DNA of 62,998 bases, counting the filler, from Octopus bimaculoides (taxonomy: Eukaryota), in NCBI RefSeq assembly GCF_001194135.2. It is 4 parts of 4 records of this genome, joined end to end, with 100 filler letters (N's around TTAATTAATTAA, not from the genome) between each part and the next. Parts side by side here need not be neighbours in the genome. Positions count along the whole stretch, not along the records: positions 28,651 to 58,338 come from NC_068997.1; 3 more parts are not named here. One strand, 5' to 3'. The stretch's first letter is position 1, and every line of letters starts with the position of its first letter. The notes under the pieces were generated by a model that did no database searches, was not told the DNA's origin, and worked only from the letters and a program-made list of their open reading frames with translations. Made by a program: the position numbers and the translations under genes. This document shows, piece by piece, positions 41,420-52,975 of this stretch.

Positions 41420-42010
41420 GAGTAAGTGTAATTTAAGCATTATTGTTGCAAACATAAATGAGTCAATGATTAAAATAAAGAAACAGCTAATTGGTTAAAT
41501 CATTATAAGTAGAGAGAAAGGAGTAGGTGATTTGTTAATTGACTAAATAAGTAATGCAGAATCCTTTTGGTGCAAGCAGTAATGTGAATGAGACTACTAA
41601 TGGGAGGAGCTATGAGGGCCTACTGGTGTAGAGGCCTTCAGTCACAGAGGAGAAATATCCAGTATAAGTGAAGAGATATCCGGTATAAGAGAGGAGATAT
41701 CCGGTATAAGAGAGGAGATATCAGGTGTAAGAGAAGAGATATCAGGTGTAAGAGAGGAGGTTTCCAGTATAGGTGGTGGGGGCAGGATTGTGTGGGCACA
41801 TCACGAGACTAAAAGTGAGCAAAAGGCATCCAAAAAATTATGATTATGAGAATTAGCTAAATTAAATTACAGGCAGGTTAGTATTTTATGAGGTAGAAAC
41901 AAATAGATGAATGATTAATGCAAAGAAAGAAAATTATTCACTTTGCTGGAGATGTTGATATTCGTGGATGATAACTAGCAAGCAGTATGAGAGAATTAAG
42001 CTCTCCACAT
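41420..42010 (-). mobile_element. CR1/L2-like endonuclease relic
   Basis: Degenerate LF.ST...DH and YW.F..(A)DW.GL-like pieces; heavily decayed. Confidence 0.4.
41647..41774. repeat. 21-bp minisatellite, 6 units
   Basis: Units GAGGAGATATCCGGTATAAGA and variants at 41647, 41670, 41691, 41712, 41733 and 41754. Confidence 0.93.
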
Positions 42011-43817
42011 GGATGGAGGGATAAGGAATTTTCAGTCCATAACTCTGCTAAATGCAGAGTTTTAAGATTTCAGCTGAAGTGTTAGAAAGGTTGGCACTTG
42101 CCATTGGTCAGGGAGGTCTATCCACAACAAACTCCACTTTATGCAATACATCATAGAGAGGGCTGGAACTAAAGTTGACTGGTGGATCTCTGATTAACTT
42201 GGATCATTCCAAAGCATTCAATAGGGTCGATCATTGCTACTTGGAAGCTATCCTGAAAGTGGCTAGTTTTGGATGGCAGTATCAGCATATGCAGATGACA
42301 TCATCATCATGGTGTTGGATGCTTCTGAAGTGGAGATGGTTGGCACCATTTTAAAAGAATACAAGTTAGTTGCAGGGCCAATGCACCGACATATTGGTGG
42401 CTTGTGGCTGGGTACCTGAAGAGGCAAGTTGATGCTGTTAGATGGCATTGTTGGACACTGGACTGATGGACTAGTGAAACTGCTCAGGGTCTGGTTTGGT
42501 CCTAACACCCAGGTGGATAAGAATTGGGATGAACAAGGTGGCCAGTCTTAACCAGAAATGGGCCAAGAGAAAGCTGTCCCTGAAAAGTTTGGCAGAGGTG
42601 GCAAATACCTACATTGCCTCCATTATCATTTAATACCTGACCATTGTGCCCTGCTCCACCTACTGCTTGATCAGGTTGGAATATCTCTTATTTATTTTCT
42701 TGTGGAGGGGACACATTCCAATGGTCAGGTGGTCACCCTCTGTGTGGCAGCTTAGGCATGTTGTGGTTTCTGATGCACAGATACATGCTCAGGTTGTGCC
42801 ACTAGCAACGATTTCTTGACTGAGTGTGTATGGGTTCTGTTTGTGAGGCATGTCTTTCTGCATCTTGTCTCGATGGAGTTGCATTCCTACATGAAAGAAA
42901 GACTGAGACTGGGCACTTAGAATGTCGTCAGGTGCTCAGTCCTTTATCTACCAGCAATGGGGCTGGTAGATGTTCCACTTTAGCAATATATAGAGGATTA
43001 GTGGTAGGAAACTATGATGACATTCTCAGGGAGACTTAGGCATTATTAAAAACAAACTATTCCAGGGGACTTTTTGGTTGGCGATTACCATGGATAATTT
43101 CCATATGTCCTTGGACTGGCAGTACTACCGAGGTGGGTTACCAGTTCAAAATAAACTCTACAGGCATGGATGTGCTGTCAGACAGGTTTGTCTGAGGTGT
43201 ACACAGAGCAACAAAACTGTTCTGCACACACGGATTCAATGTATGAACATTACTGACTTGTGGAGTTGTTGAACAATTGCTGTTGCATGTGGGATGGATC
43301 TATCTCTCAGTTGAGTCAACAGTGATGCTTGCTCTGTTGCCTTCCTTTAGTCAGGCAGGTAAGGCAGTTTTCCTTTGCTTTGTGACTGACAAAAATGGTT
43401 GTCTGATGAATGAGGATGAAAGGTATGAGGACAGAGACATTTCTCTTTGGTAGAGCCCTCATTAACTTTTTGAAGTTTCACTTGAAAAAGAAAGTGAGGA
43501 TGGAGAAGGAGATGTGGTCCTTGAGTGAATTTATTGAAAGGTGGATCAAAGTTGCAAAACAGCATGAATGACTAGTACCACTCTAAGTATAGCCCTGTGA
43601 GTCAGAGAAAAAGAATTGGTAAGAGGACTTGCCCCTGGTGTTCAGTGAGATATTGATGGTACAGTTCTACAATTGTCCCTAGACAATATTTTCTTTTTAT
43701 GTTTTATTGTATACTATCTATATTTTCTATTTTTTTAAATATATATTTCATTGTATATACATCCCTACATTTTGTATTTGTATTGTCCCTCTCATCCTTC
43801 ACCCTGGTGGCAAATAA

Positions 43818-44975
43818 ATCATCATCAAGTGTCTGCTTTCCATGCTGGCATGGGTTAGATGGTTTGACTGGAACTGGTAAGCCAAGAGCTGCACCAAGTT
43901 CCAGTCTGATTTGGCATGGTTTCTATGGCTGGATGCCATTCCTAACGCCAACCACTCCAAGAGTGTAACGGGTGCCACTTACATGCCACCAGCATGGGTG
44001 CCAGTTATATGATACTGACTTCACTTGGCTTGATGAGTCTTCTCAAGCACAACATATTGCCAAAGGTTTCATTTACTTGTCATTGCCTCTGTGAGGCTCA
44101 ATCTTTGAAGATCTTTCTTCACCACCTCATCCCATATCTTCCTGGGTCTACCGTTTCCTCAGTGGTCACAGCCCACTGCTGTGTAGTATGGTTGTTCACA
44201 CACAGAATCATACAATCTGCCTTTCACTCTGAGGGAGAGGCCTTCAGTTACCAACAGAGGTGGGAGCTCTCTGAACTTTGACTAGCCTATTCTTATTCTC
44301 GCAGCTATGCTCTTGGAGCATTTGCCTCCTCTACTAACTTGGTCACCTACATAATGGAAGCTATCAACTACCTCTAGCTTACTCACCTGGCATTTGATGG
44401 AGACTATTTTTTGCACATTTCTAGTGTTTATTGTACCTGTGCACCTTCCACACACAGACTATTTTCCCTGTTAACCTTCTTCTGATATTGCTGCACCTCT
44501 TATGTGTCCATAGCTTGCACCAGGTACATCTGATGGAGTTTCTACCTATGCCCCTTCTACATATCAAGCAGGGCCATCCACATCAAAGGATTTGTGATTT
44601 GTCCACTTTCCTACTTACTAAGACTTTGGTTTTTGTTAAATTAACTCCAAAGGTCCTTTGATTCTAGACCTTGCTTCCACACCTGCCATTTCTTCTCTAG
44701 TTCTGGTAGTGATTCAGCTATAAGAACAAGGTCATCAGCATAGAGGAGCTCCCAGGAGCAGCATGACTTAAATTTCTGTTATTGCCTGGCGGACTATGAT
44801 GAATAAGAGGGGACTGATCCTTGGTGAGCTCCTACTTGTACCCTGAATTCATCACTATACTTGTTGCCAACCCTCACCTTACTCACAGCATCCCTGCACA
44901 TGTCTTGAACAGCTCTCACCAACCTCTACATCTAATCTTAGTTTCTGTATTGACCAACAGATAAGGGAGTGGGGG
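43818..44975 (-). mobile_element. 5'-truncated RTE LINE with RT core
   Basis: RTE tail; SPLLFIIV..AITE and ELLYADDLVLIA-type RT segment at about 44720-44830. Confidence 0.85.
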
Positions 44976-45398
44976 ACTCTGTCAAAGGTTTTCTGCATGT
45001 CAACAATATGCACTACAGATTAGACTGTTGGAAAAGAAAAATTCCTAAAATTCGGCTACAACAAGTAACCTTAGATGCCAAGAACTCTGTCCTTAATAAA
45101 ACCGTTTTCTGGAGCTGTACTAAACTAGGTTTTATGCTTATTTCCTCTATCCCTCTGTTCAAATCTTTAAGTATAGTTTCTAATGCACCTGTAGCTCCAG
45201 GAATACATTTTACCTGCACTTACCCGTAACTCAATGGCTAGGTCCTGGTACTTTACGGTTTTCTCTATACCTCTCATATTGACTTTCTCTTCATTTGGAA
45301 CTGTAAAGTCAATTATCTGGCACTTTCTATTCTCTTTATCTACTACTAAATCAGCCCTCTAGCTTTTGTCACTGTCCATCTGAATGTTAAAGTCTCAC
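44975..45398 (-). mobile_element. second RLE-type non-LTR 3' relic
   Basis: DFNIQ.D...DLVVVDKENRKCQIIDFTVPN...KYQDLAIEL...GALETI...LQKTVLL.T. Confidence 0.8.
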
Positions 45399-45399
45399 A

Positions 45400-46295
45400 A
45401 CATACCTCCGTGAAGGCTGAGGTATTGTTTTCAATCATGTTTGTTTGTCCGTGGACAAGATATCCCAAGAACCGCTGGATGGATTCAGATGAAACTTTCA
45501 GAGATGTTTGGCCTCGTAACTAGCACAAACTGATTAGATTTGGAGATTGATCTGGTACTGGACAACGTTCCTGAATTATTTGTTATATTTACTTTACACG
45601 ATTACGATCTTATGTTCACTTTCAAGTCTTTCTCAGTTATCTCCCTTCAGGCTGTTTCCAAAGTTTTATATTCGTTTTTCTGTGTCTCTATCTTAGTAGA
45701 AACTGATGGATAAAGAAATCAAACTACATAAACAAATGGCAGCAAAACTGTTCAAAAATTAAATAACACTAACATATTTTTATAATATATATATTATATA
45801 TACATATCAACACTTTACGGTATACTTACATATATACATACATCCATACATCTATCTAAAACAACAGCAATACTAAAGGAAGGCCGGAATTTAAGAGAAG
45901 AGAAAACCAAAAGGGTCTCGTGCTATTCATTTAAAAATTCCTGAGTAGAACTTATTAATATTACCTCTGCATTTGAAACTGTTTTGAATGGTGAGTTTGT
46001 TAACTTTTGCTTGTATTAGATAAGGATTTATTACTGTTACTAAATTTTCTACAGCCACCTTCACATATTATGATTACCATTGGGATCGATCAGGTACCGG
46101 ACAAGGATTTTGGATTATTTTTCCATTTTTTTTACTTAATTTTTCAGAGCGGTTAGATTCATTTTTAGTATTCTTGTTTGTGAGAGCAGTCGAGTTTATT
46201 TTAGATATTCTCATTTTAAAAATCATCTCTGGCTAATCATTGAGAGGACATTGGTGTTGCCTTGGCAGAGGTTTACGCTTTCTGAGTGCTCTTAT
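45400..46295 (+). mobile_element. two overlapping halves (45400-45590, 46078-46295) of a Helentron/DINE-like non-autonomous repeat
   Basis: 5' TACCTCCGTGAAGG, 3' CCTTGGCAGAGG subterminal inverted repeat plus short 3' stem; segment GATCGATC(C/A)GGTAC(C/T)GGACAA occurs in both halves. Class assignment is inference. Confidence 0.55.
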
Positions 46296-46450
46296 TATTA
46301 TTATTGAGTGAGAGAGCAGCACACACCATCAAAGTGATGCTGGGGTCCAAATATACAAAACTCAATACACCCATCATGATTACCTGTCTGATAAGAGTAC
46401 ACCAGTCACATGCCTCACAACCATATGTGCACGACATGGTGATCTTATAT
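46296..46450 (-). mobile_element. short RTE-type LINE 3' end, (TAA)n tail; longer copy at 62470-62905
   Basis: TTATTATTGAGTGAGAGAGCAG...GACATGGTGATCT shared between both loci. Confidence 0.75.
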
Positions 46451-48569
46451 CGGAAGCATCTGTTTCAACCACTAATGGAATGTCAGGCTTCACAGTAGTT
46501 ATGACAGAATGCTCAAGTTCCTTCTTCAGGTTTTCAAAGCTTTGTTTGGCTCTCTCAGGAAGGGGAAATGTTGTGTTATGAATGAGTGGATGAATTTTGT
46601 CGGAAAAATGAGAGATCCATAGAGAGTAATAAGCAAACATTCCCACAACCCACTTTTGAGCTTTCATATCTGTTGGGGGTGGAAAATCTACAAGGGGTCT
46701 TAATCTTTTTGGATCTGGTTTGATGTTACCCTTAGAAATCTCGTACCCCAACAGTGTTATCCAATCAGTAGCAATGATGCTTTTACTTTCATTAAAGGTA
46801 AGTCCATACTTTGCAACAGCAAGGAAATTTTCTAAATTCTTGTCATGTTCTGTGCGATTGGTACCACAGACAGTAATATTATTTATGTACGTATAGGTTC
46901 CTTTGAGCTTCTCTTTAATGATTGAATCCATTACTCTTTGAAAACATGCAAAGGGTATACAACAAAACTGGTATAACTGGCCACAAGCTTCGAATGCTGT
47001 TTACATTTACTCATGTTCTTTGATTTGGATTTGATGGTACACACTTTGAAGATCGAGAGTGCTGTTGATTGCATGTGTTGCGATATCTTCAACCATCTTC
47101 CCAATTTTCCCAATATCGGTGTCAAGATAAGTATATCTGTTGATGGTCTGACTGTAATCTAAGACGAGTCTCTTTTTATGACACTCATTAGTGGTAACAA
47201 GAACTTGGGCTCGCCATGGTGAATTTGAGGGCTCTATGATGCCATCTTCCAAAAGCTTTTGAATTTCTTGACTTATAAATTGTTCATCCATTTTTACATA
47301 ACGACAAGACTTAGTTGTAATTGGTTTTCAGTCTGTTGCAAGCGTTGAGAACAAGGGTGGTGCTTCTGTACTTACAGGAGTGAGGCTACAGAGTGACAAA
47401 AGGGGTCTTTTACCTGGAAATGAGATATGGACTCCTTCGTGTTGCTTGAGAAAATCATGGCCCAACAAGACATCCAAACACAGGTCCAATAGTAGTGACA
47501 GGTGCACACTGCTATAATGTTTTCTTCCCAAGTTCATTGTAACCTTGCAATGACCTTCCGTAGATTTTGAAAGATTAGTTGCGGCCATGTTTATTACTTT
47601 CGTCGATCTGATAACCGGCCACTTGTTATGATGAATGACGTTTGAGTTGATATAACTCTCAGAACTTCCGGTATCAATTAGAGCTGAAAGTGTTACTCTG
47701 TTGACATCTATTTTGATGACAGTATTAGTCAGACACTGTGGAGCAGAAACGGATAATAGAGACGAAAGCTGAAGTGCAGAGAAGGTGGTTGCGAGATTCT
47801 GTCCAGAACGCAGTGAAGAAGTAACATATTTGTTTTTTGACTGGCATATTTTGAAGAAATGACCCTTCTTGCTACAGTTTTTACATGTGGCCTCCTTAGC
47901 AGGACACTTGTAGCGAGGATAACGGTTACTCCTGCAAAAATAGCATTTACTGTTACCATTCGTGGTGGCTACCATAGTTTTGCCCACATCCGTGGTTAGA
48001 TTATCTGTTGCTGCACAATTGTAGGCTGATTGAGGTGGTAAATGGTAAGATTTTGAGTAAGTACAAGCCATTTCAAGTGATCTGGCTTCATCATAAGCTG
48101 TTTGAAGATCAAGTATTTTCTTTTTGAGAAGCCTTTGTCGAATATCATTAGACTGCAATCCGGTGATGAAAGCATCTCGGATAGATTCGTCTCTGTACTT
48201 CTCAACGGAAACTGATTGAAAATTACAATCCTTGGCTAATGATTTGAGTCTTTGCAAAAATTCATTGAGACTTTGACCTCATTCTTGTTTGTGTGTAGCC
48301 AGTAGATGTCTTGCAAAAATTTCATTCCTGGGCTTCACATAGAGATTCTGTAATATTTGTATGGCATCATCATATGAAGAGCAATCAGCTACGTATTTGT
48401 ACACAGATGGAGCAATATAGTTGATAAGTGTATTCAGTTTATCTGGTTGATGCTGTTCTAAAGTATTAATAAAGTTGATGAAGGTCCTGTGCCAGTGATT
48501 CCATTGTTTGGCTGCATTTGTCAAATTAGGATCTGTGTCAAATCGTTCTGAATGTAGAAATTGATCCAT
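46450..48569 (-). mobile_element. Ty3/Gypsy gag-pol relic (Gag, CCHC knuckle, protease, RT, start of RNase H; no integrase)
   Basis: MDQFLHSERFDTDP..., CKNCSKKGHFFKIC, ALIDTGS, PSNSPWRAQVLV, RLVLDYSQTIN, YHQI, YINNITV (decayed YxDD), VETDASD; several stops and frameshifts. Confidence 0.95.
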
Positions 48570-48591
48570 GTTTGAAAGAAGTTGAATAAAT

Positions 48592-48874
48592 TGAAATGTA
48601 AATACCAGAGTACAAAACGAACAATTTCAGATGATGAGCATTTGTAAGGGGAACAGAATTGCCATATTGAAAATAAGGCTTTATTCAACTTCTTTGACAG
48701 ATACAGTAGACAAATAATAATTTTCGCCAGGGAGTTGAGAATGAGTTAATGACAACGACATGATGCAGTATGGTAATGAAAAGCTAGCCAAAATAGTTAC
48801 GCATAAAAAATACATACATACATGAACAGCATATATATTTTCATATAAACATGTATACGCAAACAACATAAACA
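48592..48874 (-). repeat. 5' LTR of the Gypsy element
   Basis: On the - strand starts TG (48874 or 48851, uncertain), contains AATAAA, ends CA at 48592 (or 48597) just upstream of the gag ATG. Confidence 0.65.
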
Positions 48875-48919
48875 TGCATACACACAGTTCATTGCATTCT
48901 CACAACACCCACCACCAAC

Positions 48920-50125
48920 ATCATCATCATTGTTTAACGTCTGCCTTCCATGCTAGCATGGATGGGACAGTTCCACAAGAGCTGATCAGGCTGAGGCCTG
49001 CACCAAACTTCTGTGACTGTTTTGGCAAGATTTTTACAGCTGGATACCTTTCCTAACACCAACCACTCAGCAGAGTGGACTTAGTGCTTTTTACATGGCA
49101 CAATTACAGGCAAGGTGTGTAGTGCTTTTTGCATGGCACAAATACAGGCGAGGTCAGTTTTGGCAAGGTTTCTACAGCTTGATGCCCTTCTGAACACCAA
49201 CCACTTTACAGTGTGAACTGAGTGCTTTTAAGTGGCACCTGCACCGACAGGGTTACCAAGTACTTGCAAGACAAATTTAAAAAAGAAACTTTTAAGAGGG
49301 TAGGAGGTGATGATGAAAAGGTTAGTGAGACAGATACAGGTGTCTTGCTGTAGAGGAAGTACAAGGTTATCCGGCTGAAGAGAGAAAGAGCAAGAATGAA
49401 GACAGAAACAGGTGTGCTACCACAAAGGAAATACATGGTTTCCCAACCCGAGGGAAGTGCAGGAGAAGAAGATAGAGTGGGAGACAGCAGGATAGAGATG
49501 GTGGCAAAATGCCGGGCATATTCACAAGGAACAGGGATCAGAATATAAATGGGATGATTGAGTAAAGGAAGAAAGAGATATAGATACTCTTGAGGTTCAA
49601 ATGCCATAATATAAGTGGCAGGATATAGTGAAGGGAGTGTGATTAAAGAGATGGAGTAAGTAGTGAAAGACTTGGGTATATATAAAGTGGTGGTGGGGCA
49701 GCGAGTAGCAATGATACAGAGGAACGGGTGTAGGGACAGGATTGGGGAGTGAGTGCTAAGCATAGTGTATGAAGGAGGAAATGTGAGAAAGAGATGTGGA
49801 GGTGTAGATTGGTTTGTTGGGGTAGGGTGAGTGAAAAGTTTTCTTGTTAAGTGTGGGTGGAACACAGTGCTTCTAGAACTCAGTTTCACTGACATGGGTG
49901 GGTCTTCTCAAAAACTTCATATCATCAGACATCCTCTGTGAGGCCCATCTTCCTGAGATCGGTCCTTACCACTTCATCCCATGTCTTCCTGGGTCTCCCT
50001 CCTCCACGGGTACTATCCACTTTCAGTAATCAACACTTCTTTATGCACCTGTCCTCAGTCATACACATCACATGTCCAAACCAACATTTGATTCCTCTTA
50101 TGCCCAACTTTTCTCTCAATACATT
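48920..50125 (-). mobile_element. RTE LINE 3' portion with a GA-rich internal segment
   Basis: RTE tail at 48920-49300; FGHVM.MTEDRCIKKC...GGGRPRKTWDEVVRTDLRK at 49930-50090. Confidence 0.8.
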
Positions 50126-50339
50126 TGCACTTAATATTTTGTAAGACATGAATCCATATATACTGCTGTTTTTTTTGTGAATTATTTTCTGAAAAGTTTT
50201 GTCTGAAAAATGGCTACTTAATCATTCTTTTAGTGACAATGGATTCAGTGATTTAATTGATAAATTATTGGCATATAAGGCTTTTGAGACCAGAGTGATA
50301 GATCTATTTCTTCTATGTACATTTTGATGACTAATTTTG

Positions 50340-50590
50340 ATCTGACAGATTTTTTGTCAAGTGATTTGGATGAAATAATACCTGAAGAATAGCCAGACAT
50401 TGGTCCAAAAATACCTTTAGGATTTGATATGAAACCAGTTGAGTGTTTTTTTCAACTTTTACCATTAAGTTTTGATTGGTATAATCACCTAACAAACTAA
50501 TTTGTATGAAGAACAAAAGGAAGCAATGAACTTTGCTCGTACATGTATTGATGAAATTCATGTATATTGGGTTTTTTTTTCTGATTGCAG
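50340..50590 (+). mobile_element. piggyBac N-terminal relic
   Basis: PDIGPKIP...KPVE.F...QTNLYEEQ...DEIHVYWG.FLI resembles the piggyBac GP..P/F.LF/TN.YA/E...F.G region. Confidence 0.5.
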
Positions 50591-50634
50591 TAAAAACTTA
50601 GTTTTAAATTTCACAATATAGTGAATAAGCTGCA

Positions 50635-51427
50635 AAAAGGTCCATCTGAGTTCAAATTCCATGGAGGTTGACTTTGCTTTTCATCCTTTCAAGGTTAATA
50701 ATATGAGTACCAGTTGAGCACTGGGGTTGATGTAACCAACTTAACTCTTCTCCCAGAATTGCTGGCCTTGTGTTACAATTTGAAATCATATTTTATCAGC
50801 ATCTTTCTTCTCATCAACTTTTTGAGTGTATTTATTTTTTTTAGATAATATTATGCAATTAATTAACCACACAAGCACAATATTATTTTAGCACAAATGA
50901 CTAATTATATATAAAAAACAAAAAGATAAAATTCTTTTCTGAAATATTGCCAATTTCCACAATAATCTTATCACAAGTAAAGATGCCATAAGTATTTGAA
51001 TAAACAGACCATGTTTAGCCATTTTCTGCCTAATCATTGACTTAGAAAATTTTAAGTAGGATATTAAAAGTTAATATTACTGACTGAAAAGGATTTCTAT
51101 TTGTGACTATGCAAATGAATTAAGAAAAACCGTATGGAAAAGAACAAAACACAACTTACCAATTTTAACAATATGAGAAGCAGGTAAAGAGTTTGTGTGT
51201 GTGTGTGTGTGCATGTGTGTCTTTTACTTTATTTCGGTCATTTTGACTGTGGCTATGCTGGAGCACCCCTTTAAAGGATTTTTTAGTTGAAGAAATCAAC
51301 CCCAGAACTTACTCTTTATGAGCCTAGTACTTACTTTATTGGTCTCTTTTGCCAAACAGCTATGTTACGGAGACAGACACACTAACATTAGTTGTCAAGC
51401 AATGGTGGGGGAACAAACAGATACAAA

Positions 51428-51460
<33 letters not shown>

Positions 51461-51595
51461 CAGGCTTCTTTCAGTTTCTCTCTACCAAATCCACTCGCAA
51501 GGCTTTGGTCTGCCCAGGGTGCCGCACAGTGGGACTGAACCTGGAATCGTGGTTGGGAAGCAAGATTCTTGCTACACAGCCCTGCCCAGTGCCTA
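50635..51595. mobile_element. CpG-decayed SINE D (+ 50635-50790) and SINE A (- 51222-51595)
   Basis: Same blocks as upstream copies with CG changed to TG/CA (GGTTGACTTTGC, GGGGTTGATG, GACTGTGGCTATGC). Confidence 0.85.
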
Positions 51596-52910
51596 TAAAT
51601 ACACACACACACACGTATATATAATATACAGAGGTGGTGGTGGGGAGATTTTTGGGTAAAAGATAAGAGAAATAAGATCCAAGCAACATGACTTTTGCTG
51701 AGATAGAAAAAGAAAGGATGTGTTTTCAAAATTATTCAGAGCTACCCTATCGGGTAGCTTTTAAGCTAGCTCCTATGGAGGGCTCTTATTGGGCCTTGGG
51801 CCCAACAATGACATTTCATGCATTGAGTACATATTAGATTTGATTAAACTTGAGCAATATTTTTCAAGCAATGAAAAATTTTCAACAAAACAATGATATA
51901 ATTTGTCGACTTGGAACTTATTGCAAAGCTGCATGATAAATAACATTGTCTTTCCATTCGGGGGTCAGCACATTTTTTTTCTATTTAACCTCTGTCTTTC
52001 TCTCTCTATCTTTCTGTTGATTGTTTTCAATCATCACCATCGCCACCACAACTGCTATACACACATCATTCAGACTTTTGACGCCACCACCACTAATACC
52101 TTTGATTTTGCCGTCTTCCCCTTCACCACCATCACCACTGTCATTCACATTGCTTACTCTCACCATCATCACTGACCATTACCATCATCATCACCTCTGC
52201 CTCTATCACAACTACAGCTCATACTATTACTATTACCATCACAAAAAGGCTAAATGTGTGTGTTTGTTCAGTATGTTATTCAGCATGTTATATCAGTGTT
52301 CAGTCTCTCTTTTTCTCACTCACCTACTCTTTCTCTCTTATTATTATTCTCACTGCCACCATCAACACAACTACTTTTAATAAAACATCATCAACTCTCC
52401 CTAAATTTTTTTCTCTCCTCTTTTTCTTTCTCTCTCTCTCTCTCTCCGCCATCGCCCTCACCTTCTCTATGCCTTCTATTACTCTCACCCCATCATGAGG
52501 AATAGCAAGTGTATATTGAATAGTGGGAGAGGGGGGTCTAAGTGTGATACACTGACACACAGAAATTAGTTTTTGCATTTATTATATTGGATTTTGTTTT
52601 CTATTCATTGGTCAAATCTTTGAACTTTCCTTAGCTGACTGATTACAGATTACAATTTTTGTAGCTGATGAATTTTATGTTTTTGGAAGTTCATTTCTAA
52701 TAGAATTAAAGAGTCATTTGTATAACTAAAAAAGCAGAAGTGCACTTCTGTTGTTTTGTAGCTTGAGGTCACAGCAGATCTATGATCAAAGACATTCCAG
52801 TAAGACCATCTATAATTTTGTATGTTTAGGAATACATTATTGAAGTTGTTATTTTGTTTTTCTTTTTCTTTAGAAGGTAGATATGATCTGAATATACTTT
52901 TCTGCTATTA

Positions 52911-52931
52911 TCTATATATATAAAAGTGAGG

Positions 52932-52975
<44 letters not shown>

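Larger units (their letters stand above)
37670..43818 (+). mobile_element. Tx1/L1-clade LINE split by later insertions (37670-38905 and 42015-43818)
   Basis: Endonuclease SYVDRVFV...YTDHKFV; RT start KSPGLNCLPYEFY; resumes with ITLLNAE, LDHSKAFNRVDH, SAYADD, CLRC...TVLH...QC knuckle; AATAAA at the 3' end. Confidence 0.85.
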
